A DNA stretch of 64,000 nucleotides from Octopus sinensis (Eukaryota): NCBI RefSeq assembly GCF_006345805.1, contig NC_043000.1, forward strand, positions 81,778,001 to 81,842,000, given 5' to 3'. The position numbers and the translations under genes are program-made. The notes under the pieces are model-generated. The model was given only the letters and a program-made list of their open reading frames with translations, did not search any database and was not told the origin of the DNA. Of the stretch, positions 54,946-64,000 are shown one piece after another (positions within the stretch are counted from its first letter, which is position 1; each line of letters begins with the position of its first letter).

Positions 54946-55141
54946 AAACATGAAAACACAAAGAGAAGACACAACAACGCGAGGACGTGGAACAAATATA
55001 GTATTATTGGACGCTCAGGAAAGAAGGACAAAAGGAGGGTTTAACGTTTCGAGCGGAGCTCTTTGTCAGAAACATAGGAAAAGGAAAGATCCAAAGAAGG
55101 GAAGACAGAGGAAAAAAATCGCCAACAGTACACACGCGGTC
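54946..55141 (-). mobile_element. Penelope-like terminal-repeat fragment
   Basis: Contains a minimal hammerhead motif at 55039-55073. Pyrimidine-rich on the minus strand. Confidence 0.72.
55039..55073 (-). ncRNA. Minimal type I hammerhead motif with a G8A change (probably inactive)
   Basis: Manual parse: GUUU / CUGACAA / A / GAGC-UCC-GCUC / GAAA-CG-U-U / AAAC. Stem III is the palindrome AACGUU. Confidence 0.72.
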
Positions 55142-55156
55142 TCTCTCAGGCATATG

Positions 55157-55492
55157 GGAGACCCCTTTCGGTCATGAATGACCATGGGATTGCACCTTGA
55201 AAGTTACCCTCTGAGGTACCAATCCGGGCAAGGTTGTTTATGGAAGACCAGCAGTCACCCATGCATACCAGCCTCCCCTCTCCACACCACCAATGTTATC
55301 CAAGGGAAAAGCAAAGGCCGATACAGCTTGGCACCAGTGATGTCGCAACTCATTTCTACAGCTGAGTTCACTGGAGCAACGGGAAATAAAGTGTCTTGCT
55401 CAAGAACACAACACGCAGCCCGGTTCGGGAATCGAACTCACAGCCTCACGATCGTAAGCTCGATGCTCTAACCACTGAGCCATGCACCTTCA
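55157..55492 (-). mobile_element. tRNA-derived SINE family C, full length
   Basis: A box TGGCTCAGTGG and B box GTTCGATTCC. Colinear with 18420-18740. Confidence 0.88.
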
Positions 55493-55583
55493 CACTCAGG
55501 CATTACAAGATTATTAACCTAATGTATAGCTCAATATATGTATGCTTCAGAATAAGGCATTTGTTAAGCAAAGAGCAATAATA

Positions 55584-55802
55584 AGAAAATAAGATGACAA
55601 AGTAATAAATGATTATCTAAAGAACTTCATTAGCTTATAGCTGTTTTCTGCTATACAATGCAGTGAACTCATAGTTGAGTGCCTGAGTATCAACTTATAG
55701 TTTCAATAGAGCCTTGGAGTCCACTGTATCTTATAGCAGGAACAGCTATAAGCAAATGAAGTTCATAAGATAACCATTTACTCCTTTGTCATCTTATTTT
55801 CT
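55584..55802. repeat. Imperfect inverted repeat (~85-bp arms), possibly an old Penelope-like hairpin
   Basis: agaaaataagatgacaaag...gctgttttctgctata pairs with tatagcaggaacagc...ctttgtcatcttattttct. Each arm has aacagctata, close to GAAAC-AGCT-GTA. Confidence 0.8.
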
Positions 55803-55805
55803 GAT

Positions 55806-56020
55806 ATCATCATCATCGTTTAACGTCCGTTTTCCGCGCTAGCACGGGTTGGACGGTTCGACCGGGGTCTGGGGAGCCAGGGGTGCCCCAGGCTCCAGTC
55901 TGATCTGGCAGTGTTCTACAGCTGGATGCCCTTCTAACGCCAACCACTCCGCGAGTGTAGTGGGTGCTTTTACGTGCCACCTGCACAGGTGCCAGAGGGG
56001 TCTGGCATCGGCCACGATCA
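55806..56020 (-). mobile_element. 3' end of the RTE LINE family seen at 49410
   Basis: catcatcgtttaacgtccgttttcc..gggttggacggttc..gctggatgccctt..gtgtagtgggtgctttt. Older copies at 4290-4450 and 56457-56625. Confidence 0.85.
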
Positions 56021-57463
56021 GTTGATATATATATATATATATAAGAAATGTGTGTGTGTGTATGAATTATGTTCTGGGAAAAGGCCACAATGATGTCCTA
56101 TCCACCATTGCAAAAACTACCTAAGGCCAAGTTCCAGAACGGTTGGAACTGAGACAAAATACATGGGAGAATGAAGCCCAGATCCATTCCATCTAGTGTC
56201 ATGCCATCACTACTAAAACTGACCTTATTGAAGTCAAAAGAAGAAAATCTGAAGAAATATTTCAAGCCTGCAAGAAGTAACAACACTGGCATTCATACTC
56301 TCCACCAATTTTTTATTTGCCTTCTTTGATTCTGACTGTTTCATGCAAGATTTGGCTTTTTCTGTCATTAATGCTATTAACTTGAAGGAATCATTCAATT
56401 AGGAGGAAATTGAAATTCTCAGATACAAGAAACAGCTGCATTAATGACAATATATACATCATCACCATTATTTCATGTCTGCTTTCCATGCTGGCATGGG
56501 TTGGACAGTTTGACAAGATCCAACAGGTTAGATGACTACCTGGGGCTTCAGTGTCAACTTTGGCGTGGTTTCTGCAGTAAGATGCCCTACCTAACACCAA
56601 CCACTTTACAGTAAAAACTAGGTGCAAGAGAGATTAGTGTCAGGTGTTAGTGAGAAAGTGAGGGACATAGTAGTAAGAGTTATGGGATAGGTTGTATAGG
56701 GGATCCAGTACTATCCTATGTTATATGGATGAATCTGTGTGGCAAGTGTTGGGAAACCCACCTCCTATGCAGTAGGCCTGTCTGTTCACCCTGTCCCCCT
56801 GTTCCTGCAGACTACCAACCATATTATCCTTCACTTTTGTCCTCCCCTCAACAACTGTATCATCTTTACTACTTCTACTGTTTGCTCCCTGCCACTCATC
56901 TGCATCCCTCTATCTCGCCTAACTCGTGGCTCCTTGCTCACATCTACCCTTCAATCCTACCCATTCTGGCAGCCTGCTTCCCATCCCAACCCTCCATCTT
57001 CTCATTCTCCTTCCCATACAATCTTGCAAGCTGATTCTTCAACACATCTTGTGCCCTATGAGACATCTAAGCCCACTCATTGTCATTATCTATCTCTTGC
57101 AGCTCCTATTGTTCATTATCTCCTTTACTCCTTCCCCCTAAATGTGCATAGCCATGCAGATCCTAATTCTCATAGCTCAATCCCATCATCTACTAGCATG
57201 ATGCAGACCTCCCCACCCACCCAAGGTTTGTAGTTCTGCAAGCTGCATGGCGACCTCAAAAGTGCAGGTAACATGGGAAAAAAAAAACGAGTTCACATTG
57301 TAAAGTGGTTGACATTAGAAAGGACATCCAGCTAGATATATAGAGATACATAGCTGTTCATATGTTGAATGAATATGACTATTATTAACAATTAGAAGAC
57401 AGTCATCTCTCTTTTCATTATTTTATAGAATCTTTCTCTCTCTGTGTGTATTGTATACATATA

Positions 57464-57495
<32 letters not shown>

Positions 57496-57602
57496 CACAC
57501 ACACACACACACACCACACATCATACATACATACATATATAGTATATATATATATTATATTATATATAATATATATATATTTTTTTTTATTTATTATATA
57601 GG

Positions 57603-57653
57603 AGCTTCTACAGGACTAGTACTGTTTCATTCAAGAGAAATCTTCAGGAAGCT
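57603..57653 (-). ncRNA. Type I hammerhead ribozyme motif (left-arm copy)
   Basis: Reverse complement of 62976-63026. Confidence 0.7.
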
Positions 57654-57958
57654 ATTTAACAAGAGATTGTATTAGCATTTAATACATTTAGGCAGGTTTT
57701 AAAGGAGTGGTGGTGGGGACTTTTTTGGGGTAGGCATAGCGCAAAATATCATACTTGGGGGAGTGGTCAAGGAGTCAGTGGTAAGTTAGATGAAAGAATA
57801 GATAAATAAAAAAATAAAATAAAAAATAAAAAATAAAAAATAAAAAATAAAAAATAAAATAAAAAATAAAAAAATAAAATGTGTGCACTACATACATAAA
57901 CACATATACATACACACACATACGTAACATGTGTGCCTATACATACCTACACATACAC

Positions 57959-58025
<67 letters not shown>

Positions 58026-58353
58026 CCAATCAAATACAGGCCCATTCCCTAATTTTAATTTTTTATCTTCATTTATTACTTTTGTATCTTTGATCGCTAG
58101 GGCTAAGGATCCTGGCGATGGCAGCATGTCCATTGTCTGTCTACTAGAAGGCAAGTACTCGTTCCCGCACGCACACTCATTAGCACGTACATACACCCAT
58201 TCGTACACTCATACACATACACGTACGCACGCGTTATATTCATACATACAAACATCTACATACGTTCACGTATATACACATACGTAGTCGTACCTACAGA
58301 TTCAATGTCTACACTTTAGGAGGCTAGTCTATATACACCCATAAATATACATA

Positions 58354-58385
<32 letters not shown>

Positions 58386-58465
58386 CACAATATACACATC
58401 ACACACACACACACCATATATATATACTCCTACATACAGATACATACCCATATATATATACATAT

Positions 58466-58546
<81 letters not shown>

Positions 58547-58764
58547 CATACACACACACACATATATATAAACACACACATACATACACCTATATATATA
58601 TACATACACAAACTATATACAACACATATATATATATACATATATACACACATACATACACACACCTACATACATATACACACAAACACATACATACGTA
58701 AACATACATACATACATCCATACATCCATACTTACATGCATTTATACGCATACATACACCCCCA

Positions 58765-58827
<63 letters not shown>

Positions 58828-59833
58828 ATATAACACTCACACATACATATACAAATATACGCCCACACATACATACATACACGTATACGCATACACGCAC
58901 ATACACATATACATGCGTACCCATACACGTGCACCACGCACATGCATCCATATATATACAACACCACATATATACACTGTGCAAGCATACATACATACTC
59001 ATACACGCACACATACTTACATATACATATATGCACACACTTACACACATATATACATACACATATACATGCATACATACATATATGCATACATACACAT
59101 ACACGCACATACACATAATACACATGCGTACCCATACACGTGCACGCACGCACGCGCATCCATATACACACACACACACACATTATATACACGTGTGCAA
59201 GCATACATACATACTCATACACGCGCACATACTTACATATACATATATGCACACACTTACACACAATATACATCACCATATACATGCATACATACATATA
59301 TGCATACATACACACACGCGCACTCATATATCATATATAATATATTATACATATATATACATATATACACATATATATATATACATATATATACACAAAC
59401 ATATATATACACATATACACATACACATACATGCACACCTACACACATACACATACACATACATACATATATATATATATATATACACATATATACACAT
59501 ATACACATACATATATACACACATACATACATATATATACACACACACATACATATATACACGGATACACATACCCATACATATATATATATATATATAT
59601 ATATACACAACACATGTATACACATGCATATACTTAATCTCTACATACTCACATATAACATATATATATATATAATACACACACCACATATATACATGTA
59701 CACACACATACACATATACATACATATATACACATACACACATACATATTATTATATATACACATACTACATATATATACATACATATATATATAATATA
59801 TACATATATATACATATACCCCCACATATATAC

Positions 59834-59868
<35 letters not shown>

Positions 59869-62234
59869 TACATATACACATATACATGTATACATACGCA
59901 ATAATGATACACATATATACACATAACACACACCAGACAGATGCATATACATACATATGTATATATAAACTACATATCTATATAAATACATACATAATAC
60001 ACATATACACACACATATATACATACATATACATACACATATATATACATATATATATATATATATACATATATATACATACATATATATATATATACAC
60101 ACATACATACACATGCACATACATATACAAATATACATACACTACATACACACACAACGCGCGCGCATACATAACATCTACCTACATACATCACATACAA
60201 TACATACATACACACATACACACACACACTATATAATATATGTATATATATGTATATACACACATACACACACACACATATATATTATGTATATATATGT
60301 ATATATATATATGTATATATATATGTATATATATATGTATATATATATGTATATATTATGTATATATATATGTATATATATATATGTATATATATTAATA
60401 TATATGTATATATATGTATATATATATATGTATATATATGTGTGTGTGTGTATGTATGTATTTGTACATTTGTGTGTGTATATGTATGTGCGCGCGTGTG
60501 TGTGTATGTATGTGTATGTATATTTGTATATGTATGTGCATGTGTATGTATGTGTGTATATATATGTATATGTATGTATATATATGTATATATATATATA
60601 TGTATATTATGTGTATGTATATGTATGTATATATGTGTGTGTATTGTGTTATGTGTAGTTATTTATATAGATATGTAGTTTATATATATACATATGTATG
60701 TATATGCATCTGTCTGTGTGTGTGTATGTGTATATATGTGTATCATTATTGCGTATGTATACATGTATATGTGTATATGTATGTGTGTGTGTGTGTGTGT
60801 ATGTGTGTATATATATGTATATATGTGGGGGTATATGTATATATATGTATATATATATATATATATGTATGTATATATATATGTATGTGTATATATATAT
60901 ATATATGTATGTGTGTATGTGTATATATGTATGTATATGTGTATGTGTGTGTACATGTATATATATGTGTGTGTGTATATATATATATATATGTTTTATA
61001 TGTGAGTATGTAGAGATATAAGTATATGCATGTGTATACATGTGTGTGTTGTATAATATTATATATATATATATGTATGGGTATGTGTATCCGTTTATAT
61101 ATGTGTGTGTGTATGTATATATATGTATGTATGTGTGTATATATGTATGTGTATGGTATATATGTGTATATATATATATATATATGTATGTATGTGTATG
61201 TGTATGTGTGTGTAGGTGTGCATGTATGTGTATGTGTATATGTGTATATATATGTTTGTGTATATATAATGTATATATATATATGTGTATATATGTATAT
61301 ATATGTATATATTATATATATGTATATATGAGTGCGCGTTTGTGTATGTATGCATATATGTATGTATGCATGTATATGTGTATGTATATATGTGTGTAAG
61401 TGTGTGCATATATGTATATGTAAGTATGTGCGCGTGTATGAGTATGTATGTATGCTTGCACACGTGATATATATTGTGTGTGTGTGTATATATATGGATG
61501 CGCGTGCGTGCGTGCACGTGTATGGGTACGCATGTGTATATGTGTATGTGCGTGTATGGTATGTATGCATATATGTATGTATGCATGTATATGTGTATGT
61601 ATATATGTGTGTAAGTGTGTGCATATATGTATATGTAAGTAGTGTGCGTGTATGAGTATGTATGTATGCTTGCACACGTGTATATATGTGTGTGTGTGTG
61701 TATATATATGGATGCATGTGCGTGTGTGCACGTGTATGGGTACGCATGTATATGTGTATGTGCGTGTATGCGTATACGTGTATGTATGTATGTGTGGGCG
61801 TATATTTGTATATGTAGTGTGAGTGTGTGTATATATATATATTATATATATATATAGATGGGGGTGTATGTATGCGTATAAATGCATGTAAGTATGGATT
61901 ATGGATGTATGTATGTTATGTTTACGTATGTATGTGTTTGGTGTGTATATGTATGTAGGTGTGTGTATGTATGTGTGTATATATGTATATATATATATGT
62001 GTGTATATATTTTGTGTATGTATATATATTATATGTATGTATGTGTGTGTATATATATGTGTTGTGTGTGTATGTATGTATTATATATAATATATATATA
62101 TATATTATATGTATGTATATATATATATATATATAATATATATGTATGTGTGTGTATATGTATATATATATGGGTATGTATCTGTATGTAGGAGTATATA
62201 TATATGTGTGTGTGTGTGTGTATGTGTATATGTG

Positions 62235-62266
<32 letters not shown>

Positions 62267-62592
62267 TATGTATATTTATTGGTGTATATAGACTAGCCTC
62301 CTAAAGTGTAGACATGAATCTGTAGGTACGACTACGTATGTGTATATACGTGAACGTATGTAGATGTTTGTATGTATGAATATAACGCGTGCGTACGTGT
62401 ATGTGTATGAGTGTACGAATGGGTGTATGTACGTGCTAATGAGTGTGCGTGCGGGAACGAGTACTTGCCTTCTAGTAGACAGACAATTGGACATGCTGCC
62501 ATCGCCAGGATCCTTAGCCCTAGCGATCAAAGATAACAAAAGTAAAAATGAAGATAATAAAATTAAAATTAGGGAATGGGCCTGTATTTGAT

Positions 62593-62633
<41 letters not shown>

Positions 62634-62975
62634 TATATATATTATATATATAATAATATATGTATGTATGTGTGTATGTGTAGGTATGTATAGGCACACA
62701 TGTGTACGTATGTGTGTGTGTATGTATATGTGTTTATGTATGTATGTGCACACATTTTATTATTTTTTATTTTATTTTTTTTTTATTTTTTATTTTTTAT
62801 TTTTATTTTTTTTTATTTTTTTATTTATCTATTCTTTCATCTAACTTACCACTGACTCCTTGACCACTCCCCCAAGTATGATATTTTGCGCTATGCCTAC
62901 CCCCAAAAAAGTCCCCCACCACCACTCCTTTAAACCTGCCTAAATGTATAAATGCTAATACAATTCTTGTTAAAT

Positions 62976-63026
62976 AGCTTCCTGAAGATTTCTCTTGAAT
63001 GAAACAGTACTAGTCCTGTAGAAGCT
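62976..63026 (+). ncRNA. Type I hammerhead ribozyme motif (right-arm copy)
   Basis: Stem I AGCUUC/GAAGCU; core CUGAAGA; weak stem II (UUC-UCUU-GAA with a U.U closing pair); GAAA; stem III ACAG/CUGU; cleavage triplet GUA ending at 63020; AATAAA at 63037. Confidence 0.72.
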
Positions 63027-63109
63027 CCTTCTATATAATAAATTAATTTTACTCTGCTATGTATTGAGTACCTTACTTACTGTGGTTAACCCCGGATCAA
63101 CCCGGGACC

Positions 63110-63141
<32 letters not shown>

Positions 63142-63147
<6 letters not shown>

Positions 63148-64000
63148 AGGAAAGAAAACAATGTCCTATCCAAAAATAAAAGTAGTTAAAAAATTGTTTT
63201 TTAAATTCAATTAGATTATGGCTGGGAGAAACAGTATACTCAAAGTAGCTACTCTCAGCTTCCAACACAGCCTCAAGATGGCTCCAGAAACTGGCACATG
63301 CAATCCTCACTGTGTCTCTGGGAAGATTTTTTAACACCTCATTCATCTTAGCCTCTAAATCAGCTTTGGTGTTGCAGGCAAAGTGGTTGGTGTCTTTCTA
63401 AACCATGCCTCTCACATAGTAATTCATGGCATTACAGTCAGTGGTATAAAAAAGGCCAGAAATTGGAGCTGATGACTTTGAAGAAATTCTCTGACAAACA
63501 CTTCTGATTGTTTCTAGAGATATGGCAAGGAGCTGAAACCTGCTGCCAGACATACAGCCTTTCATCAGCAACGCTCTCTAGCCAGAGTTTGACCACAATC
63601 TACAGTAACTTCACATAGCTTAAGGCCCTGTTCAAAAATGTTGGATGATATGATGTTACCCTCACTGGAAACACACCCAAAGATCCTCACAGTTTGTGGA
63701 ACTTCGTTGTCATGGTATGTGGGTCTTCTCATGGATTGTAGGCAAATCACTTGTTGTTCTGGGTGTTGTGCATCAGGCCCTGGCAGAATTTCTTTTCATC
63801 TAAGATGAACCAGATCATCTTCAGTTCAAGAGGATACCTCAATTTGTTCAGGAGCTTCTTTGCCTTTGTCAAGTGGTTTTGCTTGGCCTTGGCTATCAGA
63901 ATTTGTCCCTTGCATCTACTGTATGAATGGTAACAAAGGTCCTCATTCAGGGCCACTAAGTTAGGGGCCATTCCAATACACACTTCTATTGTCAAGTCCT
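63142..64000 (-). mobile_element. Decayed Tc1/mariner-superfamily transposase (maT/DD37D-like)
   Basis: ..KAKKLLNKL..IWFILDEKKF..VRIFGCVSSEG..WQQVSAPCH..LSENF..NFWP..LPRDTVRIACASFWSHLEAVLEAESSYFE, with stops and frameshifts. Runs off the window edge. Confidence 0.88.

Larger units (their letters stand above)
57591..63042. repeat. ~5.4-kb inverted duplication (palindrome) with axis near 60290-60330
   Basis: Unique blocks mirror each other: 57601-57810 vs 62820-63028, 58030-58340 vs 62280-62592, and 59937-59950 vs 60700-60712. The left arm is CA-rich and the right arm TG-rich. Differences are mostly 1-3 nt indels. Confidence 0.93.

Noticed and set aside
56090-56330. Coding-like segment (KEENLKKYFKPARSNNTGIHTLHQF)
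   Set aside because: Short, interrupted by stops and without clear splice sites. Possibly a transposase relic but unassignable.

Overview
AT-rich, repeat-saturated animal genomic DNA. The SINE/LINE repertoire and the long (TA)n/(CA)n tracts look like an octopus (cephalopod) genome; this is my inference. Almost all ORFs in the supplied track are microsatellite translations. I can support one host coding exon: the first exon of a chromodomain protein, probably MPP8-like (minus strand, 43641-43805). It lies in a CpG-retaining domain (~28.4-49 kb) between CpG-depleted domains. The rest is intronic or intergenic and contains RTE, CR1/Jockey-like and restriction-like-endonuclease LINE fragments, several tRNA-derived SINE families, piggyBac/hAT/TA-target MITEs and a decayed maT/DD37D-type mariner. 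The most striking signal is a set of sequence-unrelated Penelope-like terminal repeats carrying hammerhead-ribozyme motifs. Most are arranged as head-to-head palindromes inside TA/CA microsatellites: a perfect 144-bp palindrome (1072-1215), a hairpin with a U3-A8 variant hammerhead (50964-51606), and a ~5.4-kb palindrome (57591-63042) with a type I hammerhead at each outer end. Coordinates of decayed repeats are approximate, and no alignments or folding programs were run.
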